Of a DNA stretch of 64,000 nt, positions 38,831-52,600 are shown piece after piece. Under the pieces are notes generated by a model that saw only the letters and a list, made by a program, of their open reading frames with translations, did no database searches and was not told the origin of the DNA. The position numbers and the translations under genes are program-made. The DNA lies in contig MU054323.1 in the NCBI GenBank assembly GCA_013239625.1, positions 20,233,082-20,297,081 on the forward strand, given 5' to 3'. Numbering within the stretch: the first letter of the stretch is position 1; each line of letters begins with the position of its first letter. Source of the stretch: Lama guanicoe. Taxonomy: Eukaryota.

Positions 38831-40086
38831 CAAACATGGCAAAATATTAAAATGAGGTGCATCTGGACATGATTACAAGGGTCTTCACTGTATCCTCTTA
38901 ATTTTCTGTTGAACAGTTTTCATAATACAAGGGGAAAAAGGATCTTGGTTCATCCTTAGTACTCACTGTTCATGGTGCCGGTCATCATGGAAGTCATTGG
39001 TGGTGGCTAGGCATTCAGACTCCAGAGCCCACACGCCTAGCCACTAAGTTATTGGATGAAGAGACTTGATGTACATTGTTAGGGAGGAGCCAGCCAGTGG
39101 AGTAGATGAGACTGAAGATTCAGGAGTAGGAATGAATCACTGGTAGAACTGCTGTCTAGAGACTTCAGAAAATTTACCTGGATTTTGGATTATTTAGTAG
39201 ATATTGCAGTTTCAGATTTGATTTGTATTGTTATTTTCTTTTCCTGATTGCCAACGACCATATGTGTATTTTCCCCCTTGAAGCCAGCATAAGAAGCACC
39301 AAGGAGGTGCACCTAGTGTCTTTGTAAATTTTTGTTTAAAAAAAAAATCTAAATATATATTAAGACCACAGTCAGGTACTACTGCACATCCCACCAGAAT
39401 GGTTAAAATTTTAGAAACCAATGAGTGCTAAGCATTGGTCAAACAGCCCTACAGAAGGAGTCTTCAGGGCACTGTCACGATGTGTTTTTTGACCTGAATG
39501 TTGGTGACATGGATGCACTGACTTTGTGATAACTAGATAGGTGTACAATTTGTACTTTTTGCACATGTGTTATATTTTAATTAAACTGTTTAAAAAGTCT
39601 CTTCCTCAGCTAGCAAGTTTAAAATACAGACAAAAAGCAGCAAGTTTTATCTTCATTTCATGCTTTATTTCTTGAAGTTAGGGATCTCAGTATATGGGAA
39701 GAGCTTGTAAATCATTAAATGAAAATCAGTATTGTGGTAATTCTTCTTTTTTTTTTTTAATGAAAATCTAGTATAGATTGAGTCCTCAAAGGAGCTTGTT
39801 GCTACAGCTGATGATATCTCATCTCAAGGAAAAATGTTTCTAGAATGTCACAATTTTGGCTAGAAAAGCAGTCAGAACTTGCTGTGCAGTAATAGTCAAA
39901 CTCTGCATCTAATTTACTTCTTACTTTTTGAGCACTTTTGGATACCAAATTGTTTACTCCATGGCATTTCATTATGGATCTTTCCATTCTTTATGCCACA
40001 CAAGCCACTTTTTCTTAATTTAATTATAATGACCCATATGTATAACATTGGCTTGTCAGTCTTAAATCGTACAGAATATACTTTAT

Positions 40087-40229
40087 CTATACAGCAGTTA
40101 AAACAAATCAGTCAGGGCTATATGTAGCAAAGGGAGAAATCTCAAAAATAATGTTTAGTGAGGATTCATACAGTAGGATCACTGACAAAAATTTTACAAT
40201 GTGCAGCCAGTGTCTTCATTAATGGATGT
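40087..40229 (+). repeat. 143-bp direct duplication, copy 2
   Basis: Ungapped match to 38389-38531; flanks are unrelated. Confidence 0.92.
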
Positions 40230-40302
40230 CAAATCTGATACTTGATTCTTACACATTCGAATGAACTTGTTTGACTTTTACAGTTTTTCATTTGCTACCT
40301 AA

Positions 40303-40303
<1 letters not shown>

Positions 40304-40334
<31 letters not shown>
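40304..40334 (+). repeat. (TG)15 microsatellite
   Basis: Perfect dinucleotide run ending 60 nt upstream of an exon acceptor. Confidence 0.98.
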
Positions 40335-40336
<2 letters not shown>

Positions 40337-40394
40337 AAGATTAAAAAAATAGCAGCACCTTACTCTTTCCTGTTTGCTTTTATGGTTTATCCAG

Positions 40395-40494
40395 TGCTGT
40401 TGGGACATTCGCTCGAGCCCTTGATTGCAGCAGTTCTGTAAGGCAGCCTAGTTTGCATATGAGTGCAGCTGCAGCTTCTCGAGACATCACTCTG
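40395..40494 (+). CDS. MTA3: MTA3 coding exon (probable exon 8), ELM2
   Basis: ttatccag|TGCTGTT...ACTCTG|gtaagg; 100 nt; [33 protein letters not shown]. Confidence 0.97.
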
Positions 40495-43400
40495 GTAAGG
40501 TGCTTTTTGAAGTTTGGGGGTTATTATTTCCTCTGCTGTTCGTTTAATATAAAAACCAGTATGACAGTGCTGTAGATGTGAGAGCTTTCTGGCTCTTAGC
40601 CCTGCTAACTGTTGGGTTGATTTTGCTTGGCTGATTGGTTAACTGGGGTGTCTCATTCCTAAGTCACCTCTCGTGTTTGTGAGCTAGAACAAGTAAGAAT
40701 AACTGTTCATGAAGTAGATACAAAATGGTAAAAAAAAAAAATAATTTGGGGAAAACAGTTCAACTTTCATCTGTTTCCACTTTTGTTCTCTTTTAGTGTA
40801 TTAGATATGTGTACTTAAATATTTGTAGATCATGCCCAGTGCTTTACAGTTTTGTTAAGTGAAAGTGACCATCTCTTGAAACCATTGCTATAAGGAATTA
40901 TTCTGTTGTCATTTTTCACTATCAATATGTAAAGTTTTGTGTTCATCACAAAGAGGTTCTGTTTTCTTAAAGTATTTCATTACATTATGATTGCTATCTT
41001 CTAAGACTATTTCCTTTTTTCCCTTGATGATCAAATGAGGCTCCCCACATTCGGTTTAATATACCACTGGAGCCTGCTATGGCCAGGCATCAGGCTTGGC
41101 TCTTGCTTCTTTCACTGCACCCTCCAGCAAAGTAGACCAGGTTTTTGCCTATGGAAGTTCCTTACTGTACTCAATTGCCACTCCCTTTGAGAGAGGCATG
41201 GTAGGATGCTCATTTTACAGGTGAGAAAACTGAGGTTTGGCAAGGTTAAGTTGTTTGACTGATATTCTTTACATATAATAAAAGTTCCCGTTTTGTTTTC
41301 TGATGGAATGGAATCCAGTGATAGGCTTTATTACTTTCTCATTATATTCCAATTTGAAAAGCTTTCCACAAACTATTTATCATGATAATGGAAAAAGTAG
41401 TACTGGAATACACACTGAATTTATTTCTTGTGATGCTTTCTTGTATTTTTGTACAATTATAGATAATGATGAAAGCATTAATAGTCTATAGCCATTAGGG
41501 AACCCTTTTCTCTGTCCTTCCACAAAGACCAGAATGTTGTTTATAGAAGCAACTTTTGTCCTCTTCATTGGTACATTGATATTTTGTATAAAAGTTTTGG
41601 GATTTCAAAATAGGTTTTTATTTTGGCTTTTGAGGACTTTTAGAGTCCCAAAGAAGCAAGAGTACGTGTGTCATGTTGTAACAGCCTTAAATCCTGTCAA
41701 CAGATATTTATGTGAACCAAAACTATATGGAATCTAATCACTACCTGTGTATTTTTTCCTGTTCAAAAGATTTTTCCCCCAATTCTTAAACTAATGTACA
41801 CTTATTATGAAAAAATTGAAAAATAAAGTGCAGCAGCAGCCAAAAATAGTTTTGTTTTTATAACCCAGAGTGGCATATTCTAACCAGTTTGTTGTTTCCT
41901 TTCAGCCACTTTTTGTGCATTGTGAACAATAATACTAGCAAGTTACATAATAGTACAGAGGATAATGCAGTAAAACTCCACATCATGCCACCTGAAGCAA
42001 GTGTTAATATTTTCGTTCTTTGGGTTAAACAGATTCTCAACCGTTATATTACTATTAAAGTCTCTAGTATTCTCCCCAGTCCTGTTCCCCATCCTCTGTC
42101 TGTACCTCTGACCCTGATCATCCCTGTCCACAGCAAGGGGCAGCCGCTGGAACAAATCTGCTATGCAGCCAGTCTGTGTTTTTTAGTTTTACTATGTATT
42201 TGTGTATCCAAAAACAACATAAACATTGTTTTACATGTGTTTAAATTTACTCTCTAACATTTTGCTATTTGCTTATTAGTGAGATGTAGCTATGTTAATA
42301 AATAGTACCTAGTTCGCTGGTCACTTGTTTTAACTACTTGGTAATATTGTTATATTCTTTCATAGAATGCTACACCGCATTATTTGTGTATTTTACCAAT
42401 GAACATCTGGAGTGCTTTAAAAAATGTGTTTCTTTTGCTGTTACCCATAATGCTGCATTGAAAATTCTAACACATGTCCTTTGTGAGCATGTGTGCAAGC
42501 TTTCTGGCTATAACTAGAATTGGAATAATTATTCATCGTGATTCATAGGATAGTGCTCATTTTCAGTTTGACCACATGCAGCCAAATTATTCTGCACAGC
42601 ATACTAGAAATTTATAATCCCACAAGCCGTTAAGGACTGTTCACCTTTTTTCATTCATTTCATTACATTGTCTTCGAAACTTGTTATTTTCAGACCAAAA
42701 TTTTTTTAGTAACCTGATGCCACCTCATTTTAATTTGTATTTTTAAGAATGGAGTAAGATGGAGGTCTAATTTTGTTTTTGTCTATAGGGAAAATTACCC
42801 GAACATCTTTTATTGAGTTTGTTGTTTCCTCATGATTTTGTAATCTATTTTATTTCAACGTCCTAGATGTGCTTAGGATTCTTAATCTGTTCTCTTCTGT
42901 TTCATTGATTTATTTGTACGTGCAAAAGCACGACATTATAATAAATTTTGATAGCTGGTAAGACAAATCCCATGTGAAATTTATTATTTTTAACATATAG
43001 TTATCATTTAAAACAGAGTTTTGTACTTTGCCTCCCCTCCACCCAATGTGTTCCCTAACAATATATGTAAACACTTCCTCATATCATTTTAAGAATTGTG
43101 CAGTTTTGTTTTTGTTTTTTTTTTCCTATAATGTTGCCTGATCTTGCCTTGTGTAGATAGGCTATTACTTATGTAGCCAATCTCTTGTGATTTAACATTG
43201 TTCTTAGCAGATAATGCTTCCCAGATTATAACAGGGCATGCTCTCCCTGTTGTAGTCCAGCAGATTTCCTCTACACTGAGGAGCAAGAGTGGAAAGCCCG
43301 TTCCTGAGATGGGATAGAGCTCTTGTGGCAGTTGGGGCTGATTTGCCCGAAGATGGGTCTGACAGGTGAAGCAGGTGTGTGGGCTCTTGATTTGCAGCTC

Positions 43401-46159
43401 CAGCGACTCTTCACTTCCCACTGCTGGTGACTGGCGGGACAGTGGAAGAATTTCTTTTGGTAGAGGGCAGAGTTTCAAGAGTCAGTTTTTTTTTGTCAGT
43501 GAAGTTCATTTTAAAGGGGATACAATCTGTATATCTTAATTAGTTTAAATATTATTGTGTGTGTGTGTCTTTTGTGATGCTTGCCTGTTTTGCTCCTTCT
43601 AGGCAGGTGCTTTCACACCCTCCAGTGTTTTCATCTCTTCTGTTTCAGTTCCTTTAGGATTTAGCAATTTGGAGGTCACTTTTAAACTACATTATTATCT
43701 TAAATTATTTATTATATTGTAATGTTTTTAAACAAAAGTATACTCAGAGGCTTAGGAAACTGTGTTTTGTCTTATTTGTACAGCTGGTTTCAGAGACAGG
43801 ATTTGGGTCTTGACTCCTACTGAGGCATTCTTTCTACCAGATTACCTCTTCTGTTTTGTTCTTGTTAGAATGGCTTGGGTTTAAACATCATTGTTGTCTG
43901 TCTTGGATCAGGCAGCACTGAAAAGTCTGTTCTTTTGTCTGCAACATTTACGTGCCTTGGTTTTCTGCACTAACTACTCTAGGTTCACCTTCACTTGTAC
44001 TCTTTCTGTATGTTCCTATGTTGAGATTATATTATTTTCAGTTATAAAAATGGATATCTTTTAGAAGTCTTGAAAGCAAGAAGAAGTCATTGCCGTTTGT
44101 TATTTCAGATACCATGACCTGCAGCTTTCATCCTGTTTGCCAAGTGGTATCATGCCTTCTACTTTGGTGTTAAAATATAAGATCTTGAGGCATTTCTATA
44201 AAATGAATGGGAGTGGTCAAAATTAATAATATGTTGGTAATGCAAGTTTTGCAGATTGTTTTCCAAAAAGAACATATGAAAGACTGATAAATTGTTTTGT
44301 TCCATTAGATGAAAATGGATTCATCTTTGAGTTGAATTTGGAGAGTCAGGTTCTTACTTTTCTTTCAGTGTTTACAGGCCTTTATAGAGCAGGTTAGTAC
44401 CTTTATCAGGTGACCAGACCATGGACCTGGAGACCGCAGAGAGGGCAGGGTTGTGGAACTGCTGGGTAGCTCATTCATAGCTCGTTCTAGGTGACTTCCT
44501 TTGTGGCTTTTCCTGCGAGGACCTCAGTCAGCCTTCAGCCCTCCTAACCCAACACATCTGTTTGTCTAAGACAATTTATGCCACTTGTCAAATCCCCAGT
44601 AATATTTTGGGGGCAAATAATTAAGCTGCATGCAGGATTACTAGATCCAACTTCCTCATTTTGAGATCTGATATATATACATGGCTGGGCCGTGAATTTC
44701 AAACACGACTTGTCTAAGACATGTGATAAGATTTATAAGTGTTAAAAAGCATTGAAGCCATGGAGGCTTCATAGATGTCACCCTCATTTCATTAAAATGT
44801 AAAGTATGCTTAGTACAATGTGCGAAGAAAAAAGATCAGTTTACAATGATCCCTATGGATACTCGCCCCCTCACTCCCCCAGCATTGTGTACACAAAATC
44901 CCCTGGAATAAAGTAAACCCTGGGGTGGTTAGTAAGTAGTAGTTGGTGGCCGGTCTAGCCTGTTCCTTCCTGTTTGTGCTGTTGCTGGAGCAGAGCCTCT
45001 GTCTTGGAGAAATGGTAGTTGCATAGCTACTGTATTTCTCTTTTATCTGGACTTTGAGGACTAAAGCAAGTTGGAAGGTAGGATTCTTGCTTAAACTTTT
45101 CAAGTTTTTTGCCACCTTAGAAATCTTGTAGGATAGACTGTATTAGAGCTAATGGTTAAGTAACATATAAGACTAGAAACTTAGGTTTCCTGATGCCAAG
45201 TCTGGTTCTGAGAAAGGTCGGGCTATGTTGATTTAGTAGGGAGGAAATTGCATGCTGGAGCCTCTCCAATTTCTATATTATGCCTGATCTTTTTGAAATG
45301 CAACTTTGATTTTGCTGTCTTCTATCTTAAATCCTTTTAATGGCTTTTAATTGCATTTAGGGTAAAAACTTAGATTTTTAAAACGGTTCCTAGCCCTTGG
45401 AAACCACCATTCTACTTTATGTCTCTATGAATTTGACTTCTCTGAGGGGTGTAGAGCTCACTGTGCCATTGGATGTCCAGGTTGGGTGGAAGACAACTGA
45501 TTTATTGCTATGGCACAAGTCTTTCTGAGCTTCTATCAGTATTCCAAAAGAAACTGCATTCAGCAGTTTATGTCCCTTCAGTTAAAGTAATGTTTACGAA
45601 CACTAGGCTCTCCTGGATCTTGTGGGCCCACCCTCACTAGGAGAGAAAGCAGGCGGTGCCTCAGTGTCCTCTTCCAGCCTCCAGAAAAGCTTGTCTCTGA
45701 GTTACCATGTGGCATCAACTTGAGGATTAAACAAGGTAATATTTGTAGATCATTTAGAACAGGGTCAGGCACAACATAAGAGCTCAATAAATAATGTTAT
45801 TGTTTAGCTGATGATGCATCCCCCTCAATCTTTATTGAGTCTTATACATTTTCTTACTTTTTTTTATAGTATTATTGATTGTTTAAAAAGGGATTTTTAT
45901 CATGCCGTATTTACTGTCATTGTAGTAGATTATCAAGTTTGACTATGGTCATTAGGCTATGGTTAACCATATATTTTAATATAATTGTTACAAGGAAATC
46001 ACTATACGATTTAAGGATCCCCTTAAAACAAGCTATAATTTTCAGGATAAAAATTTTCCCATTAAAAAATACTTTGAAAAATAAGTAACTTATTTTTCTG
46101 ATAAGAGAAAGTTGATTTAACCAACAATAGTTTTTTTCTTTTAAAGATTACTTCTAATT

Positions 46160-46270
46160 TTTTGATTTTTACTTTTTTTTTTTTTTAGTGGTGGGGAGGT
46201 AATTAGGTTTGTTTGTTTGTTTGTTTATTTTTGATGGAGGTACTGGGAATTGAACCCAGGACCCTGTGTA
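46160..46270 (-). mobile_element. 5'-truncated tRNA-derived SINE (camelid-type)
   Basis: T-tract, GGGGAGGTAATTAGGTTT, GGAGGTACTGGGAATTGAACCCAGGACC; the A box is missing. Confidence 0.85.
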
Positions 46271-47054
46271 TTAACCAGTGATAGTTTTATTCTTCAGATA
46301 CTATTTCTTTGTAAAAATGCTAGCTGTTGACCATGCATTTCATCCTTTTTGTGAGTCCTGTTCACATCAGACATTTCATTTAGGGCTTTGAGGGTACTGG
46401 GAATTGAGAATATTTCAGAAATCATCGTCATTACATCATTTAAAGAAATTGTACTCAACAGAATATATAAATCTTTTGATTAACATTTTAGGCATCAACT
46501 TACATCAGAAATCTGGTCTTCAAAATGAATATAAAATTGATTATATGAGAATTCCTGTAGTTTTTTAAAGCACAGTTTGCTAAAACTTATGAGTATTATC
46601 CATGTTTCCTAGACTGTAAAATTAGAATTTGAACTAATGGACTACCACTGCAGTAAAAAAAAAAAAAAAAGTGAAACATGAAATGCCCCTTCCTTCTTCC
46701 TTAGACATGTTTCCTTTTTGCCTGATGATCTACTGCAGAGAACTTTAAAATTATATTAAATAAACTTAAGAGACATTACAAACTATCCTAAGGGAATTGT
46801 TCATATGTGTTAAGGTCTATTTGTCCATCTCTTTAATTTAAGCATCAATTTGTTTTTGTTTTTTGTTTGGGATATATGTCACCTTTTACTTTACTTTTTC
46901 TCCCGTGCATTTGACACTAATGTAAGAAACATTAGAAAATAACTGTAGAATTAAACTATGGGGAAATACAATGAATATTCTTGTAACTTCTTTGTCTAAG
47001 ATTAATGGTGAAGAGATTGGGATTTACAAATTTGAGTTAAGGCTTGCAGTTAAA

Positions 47055-48220
47055 ATTTTTAAAAATTTGTTATTTTTGTATTTAGAGATAATACAAAAAT
47101 AAGACTTCCTGTATTCCCTTCACCGAGACTGCCCATTTACCACATTTCTTTTATCATTCTTTCCCTATATACGTATTATTATTATTCCTGAACAACTTGA
47201 GAGTAAGTTACAGAATGGACGTCCCTTTATTGCTAAGTATTTCCTAAAAGAACAAGGGTATTTTCTCACATAGCCACAGTATAATTGTCAGATTTAGGAA
47301 ATGAATATTACTATAGTACTGTTATCTAATCAAGAGGCTTTAATCACATTTGCTGGGTGTCTCAGTAATATCCTCTATGATAAGAGAAAAACTTCTTTTT
47401 CTGATTTAAGATCTACGTTAGAATCACTGCTGCATTTAGTTGTCACATCTTTAATTTCCTTCAATCCTGAACAGTTCTTCATTCTTTCTGTCTCTTGTGA
47501 CTGGCATTTTGAAGAGGATGGGCCATTTACTTTATAGAATGTCCCTCCATTTGGGTTGTGGTTGTTATTTTATTAATAATTAGAATAAGTTTTTATTCAA
47601 AAGTCCCTTTTGGTCAGTTATGTCTGAAGATTTTCCATTTTTCTTTTAGGTTTTCAAATTTATCAACATAATTTTTCATAGTAATTTTTAGAGAAATTTT
47701 GTGTGCCTATGGTTATAAGTAGCATTTCATTCCTGTTATTGTTTATATGTGTCATTTCTCATTTTTTCTTGATAGTTTTGCCCAACACTTCTCTTTTATT
47801 GTCTAAAAAATGAGATTTTACTTTAGCTGATTTTCTTTAGTGTATGTTTGCTTTCTTTTTAATGTATCTTTGCTCTTCATTTTTTTCCTTCTGCTTTTCT
47901 TTGGCTTTACCCTGATATTCCTGTTCCAGAATTGTAAGACCAGTTTTTAGCCCATTATTTTCATTTATCTACTTTTCTGTTATTAGTATCTAAGATTATA
48001 AATGTTCCCCTATATCTTACATATTTTGATATGTAGTATTCATTATTATTTGATTCTAAATGTTTCCTAATTTACTTTATAGTTTTACATTTGATTTTGG
48101 GTTAATTTCCAAGGAAATGAGGTTCATAAATTTATCTTAATTGCTTTGTGAGTTGTGGTCAGAGAATATGTATGATGCCAGTTATTTTAATATGCTGTGA
48201 TTTCCTTCAGGGCCAGGAAT
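47055..48220 (-). mobile_element. Old L1 fragments (L1MC-type 3' end, then an ORF2 relic)
   Basis: 'ttgagagtaagttacag..taagtatttcctaaaagaacaagg..tgcatttagttgtca' and 'tgtggtcagagaatatg'. Confidence 0.65.
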
Positions 48221-48919
48221 ATAATCCTCCCTAGGATTTTGCTCCCCCGTCTTACCCACTTTCACCTCAGCCTTGTACAAGGCACTCTCCGTTTGATCCG
48301 TTCTCTCTTGTAGCAGTCTAGAAAACGCCCTCACGGTCAGCGTGGAAGCTCACCTCTCCTGCTTCCTCTTCCTCAGTTATCTTGCAGTGCAGCTTGTTCA
48401 CTGGTGTCTTCACACAGTTGTATCATATATTTGGCTTGTGTCTAGAATCACGGCCGGGGGCGAGGGCAGGAGCCCACAGTTATGCTCATGGTAAGTTTGT
48501 AATGACATTTAGGGCCATGTGGTTACTGTTGTCTGCCGCCCCTGTAGTTTTCTTATGATAGTAATGGAAAGGAATGAGTACACGTAAGAACATGGCTCTG
48601 GTTGTCTTGTAGATTGATTTCCATGAATGACAACTAAGTCTTAACAGATCTGATTATGAATGAGGCATTTTGTTTTGAGTACTATGCATTGAAGCAAAAA
48701 CTTACAATGGGTGGCATACTTGTCACATATAAAATTTTTTGCCATGATCATGGTTTGAGGTTTATTCATAAGAATTTATATTTCTGTTTGAAAATAAAAA
48801 TATGCTCATTAATTTAAAAATAGATTTGATGTTCTGAATGCTGTAATTTGTTCTGGACTTACATATGTAAAGTTTTTGTAAAATCCTAACTTGAGCAAAT
48901 CAGTAGTTAGTATTGAATA

Positions 48920-49655
48920 TATATGGGTATCAGCAGTTGCCAAAATAATGCTACATGTTACAAGTTGGGTTCTTGGGAAACAGGTTTTGAGATGGAGATT
49001 AGCATCCTGGAAATTTATTAAGGAGTACCCTTTGGATCAATACCTGTGGAAGAGAAAGGAAGGAGGCAGGATTGAACAGAGGGAGAAGGTGGGCTGTGAC
49101 ACAGTGTGAATGAAGACCTCAGCCTTTACACTGCTGCGTCATTGGATGCAGGCTGCCCCAGGAAGAGGACAGACCTTGGGTGATGAATATTTCTTAAACT
49201 GAGATGATTCCAAGAGGAGCAACAGCTGAAGGCTGTCATCTCACAGCACTTCTAGCACTGGTGAAAAAGTTCTTAATTCTTAAAGGGGAAAACACAGTAT
49301 CTATTACACTGCCCAGAATTTCATTGGCTTATAACAACAAGCATTCATTTCTTGTGCATTCCTCTACAGATTGTCCAGGATTCTGCTAAACTACACTGGG
49401 CTGGTTTAGGTGTGAAGCTGTAGGTTGGGTCCAGATCTGGTCCATGTATGTCTCATCCTCTATTGATAAAAGCCACTAGCACAAGTCCAAATGCATAAAC
49501 TCATGTCAAGGCTCTGTTATGTCACACATCTTAGCATCCAGTTGGTCACACAAATCACGTGGCCAGACCCAATCTCAAGGGAATGGAAGAATACTCTCCT
49601 ATGGAGGTTCAGGGGAGGGAGTGAATATTTACTGAACAATAGACCAATCTACAAT
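48920..49655. mobile_element. MLT1 (MaLR) LTR interrupted by an LTR16/LTR33-like ERVL LTR (about 48956-49305)
   Basis: MLT1-like 'ggcttataacaacaagcattcatttc..aaatcacgtggccagaccca..gagtgaatattt'; the insert begins 'tgttacaagttgggttcttgggaaacag..tttattaagga'. Confidence 0.65.
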
Positions 49656-52600
49656 AGTGTGATTCTGCTTAATGAACAAAAGATGAGAGTTCCACTGCCA
49701 AGATTTCATTGTCAGTCTTTTTCCTAAAATACTTCTGTTTGTCATCTCCATCTGTTTTAAATGAGATGAAATGTGACAACACCTTCACCACTATTTGGCA
49801 GAGAGAACAGCTTGTGCTGAGTTCTTATAATTTTTAAAATTTAGATTTGAGTGGATCTTGTCATGTATATCTGTATCTCTACTGAAAAGATGGTCTCTTT
49901 GCAAAGCATTTATCTGAAGGGAGGACTTTCAGTTTTTAAGTTCTTTATCTTTTTTTTTTAGTTGAGGTATATATATATAATAAAGTATGTTAAGTACAGT
50001 TAGGTCATAGCTTATAAATTTTTATATACGTATGCATCCATATAACCACCACCTAGATCTAGATGAAGAGCAAATTTCCCTTATGCGCCTTTCCAGTCGG
50101 TGATTCCCCCCTCTCATGTAGTCATTATTCTGTTTCTCTCATCATCAGTTAATTTAGTTACTTTTCTCAAAATTCTTATAAATGGAATTAGAGTATGTTC
50201 TCTTGTATGTCTTACTCTTCAAGTTTTTATCTTAGTTGATAGACAATAAGCCAATTATGTCAAACTTCTATGTCTTTTCACTTTTTTTTATGAATCTTCA
50301 CTGGGTAGTGTCTCTTCTGTTTTAGGAACTATATTCTGTGTATTATTTACTTAGCTTTTCAGGATAGAATTAGACTAAACAAAAGTCCATTCAGAAGAAG
50401 CTTTTATGTCTGTCAGAAAGATGGAGTTAATATCAATTCCTGGCAAATAATAAAGTAGTCCTCTGGTTTCCTTTGTAAAGTTGGTCATTGATTTTAACAG
50501 AATTATCCTTAGGCATCCCACAGTACCTATGTCTGATGGGATGTTTATTTTTCTACGCATCCTGATCGTTACCACACTCCGGGCTGTGGTGTAAATGTGG
50601 GTTTTGGAGATTTCATAGCTGGCAGTCAGCTGTAAATTCGACCATTCTTTCCATTTGATTTGTGACACAACACAGGAACTTGTCTTCGAAAAGCAAATCC
50701 TTACTTCAGTGTTTCGTAACATAAACACTCTGCAGAACAGAACTTTTAAAACAACCTGATACTTTGAGGCTTTATTAGATAGTAGCCCATCATTGTTTTA
50801 AAAGTGCCTATAAAAAGGCATCTTCATTCATCTAATATGAACAAAAGACTGAAAATCCATTCACACTTTGAGTGTTATAATACTCAGCTGAGATAAATGC
50901 ATTTAATTCTGTGACTTTTGTTTTCAGAGCCACCTGTTCATTACAGAAATTTCTTGTACCTCCTGAGGAATCTCAGCAGCACAGTTACTTTGTATAATTA
51001 CTGATTTTGAATGCCATTTTTTAGTTAACTCCTGTAAATTTAGGAGTTTTAAAAATAATTGTTATGGAAATATATTATTAATTGAAGTGATCCCTAAGTC
51101 CCTGTGCTAAGTAGTTCATAGTTCTAGCATATGCTTTCATAGATCAGTTATCTAGAAACAGTAGTTTCAGGGATGGTGACAGAATGTATAATAGTGTGTA
51201 TACAGTTAAACTGCTGAATCTGTTAAGTGAGAGGTTAGCTAGAGAAGTAGAGTTTAGTGGATTCTGAAGTTTGCAGAGCGCAAGTGAGGAATAAAGGTCA
51301 ATTCTAACATTTTTGTAACCTCTGCTGCAGAAAGGTGAGAAGAAATTCACTTGAAAGTTGCACTTACTAGTCCATGATTGTGACACATACAGTGAAAGAC
51401 TGCACATGGTCAGTGTGGTCTTAGCTGTGATTATAACTAGGAGATTGACAATGAATCCCTACTTACTTTTGTGGAATCCAATGACTTATTTTAAGTGAGA
51501 TGTCAACCTTTGTTAAAACAGTTGATTACTGTTCCTAAACATGTCCTGAATCCTGCCTTTGGCTTTGTCAACAAATTCATATTCTACACCCTTAATCAGC
51601 GTCTTAATGTATCACAGTGTAAATAACATTTTTTTAATGTGTACTTTAGCTAATATTTTTTTTCTCTGTAATAGATGTTAGTTGACATTTGAGCTTATTT
51701 TATGTTTTTGTACCAGGTTCGCTGTCCCCTACCAAATATTTTAGGGATCACTTATAAGCTACATTTTTAAGAAATGTCGCATAGATATGACTCTAAATTT
51801 ATGAAATTTTAAAATTATCAGAAGATACTTTGTGTAAAAGGTGTAAGACTTGGCTTTCATATACTAGAAAGTTTAAACAGAACCACTCACTTTTCAAGGA
51901 TTCGATCACCAAACAAATCTGTGCCACACCAATATGCTTATCCAGACACTGACAGAGTGACCGTTCTGTTTTGCAGTTTTCCTGTTGTACATACAAATAT
52001 GTCTGCATATTATGAATGAAACTTTTTACAGTAAGCTAGACCCAGGGTACTGTCAAAAAGAAGCAGTTATATTATCCTACTCCATCCTTCCTCCTTTCCA
52101 ATTTCTCTTCAAATCACTGTCCTGTGAAATATATATGAAACCCACACCAGCCTAGCTAGCTGTTCCAAGCAAGCCTGGTTGTCTATTCATGGTCTTAGAG
52201 GATCTCAATCAAGTTACTCTTTTTACAAGCATGTGTAATTTTGTTTGTTTTATTTTGTTTAACATGGATGTGTCATTTTGACTCACCATCATTCTCCTTT
52301 TGTTTTCTATCGATCTCTTATTCTTAGTGTATTGTTCTCGTAACCTGAGAATATCTTTTCTTACTCTATGGTACGTACTCTGTCTACAGATTTGTCCCTT
52401 GTCAAGGAAGGCTGTGCCAGCCTTGTACAATAACTGAAGTGACTTTGGCACTTTTAAACAAGAAGATGGTGAAATTTACTGGGTTCTCATTTTAATACCT
52501 GGAGGTCCTAGATCTTCGTGATTAGGTTGCTGTAACTAATGAATGCATTTTTTAAAATACACACCTTTAAAGGTAGAAATCAACATTTTCATAAAAGCAA

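Noticed and set aside
46392..46408. Short GGTACTGGGAATTGA echo of the neighbouring SINE
   Set aside because: Only about 15 nt; it cannot be distinguished from chance or a tiny fragment.
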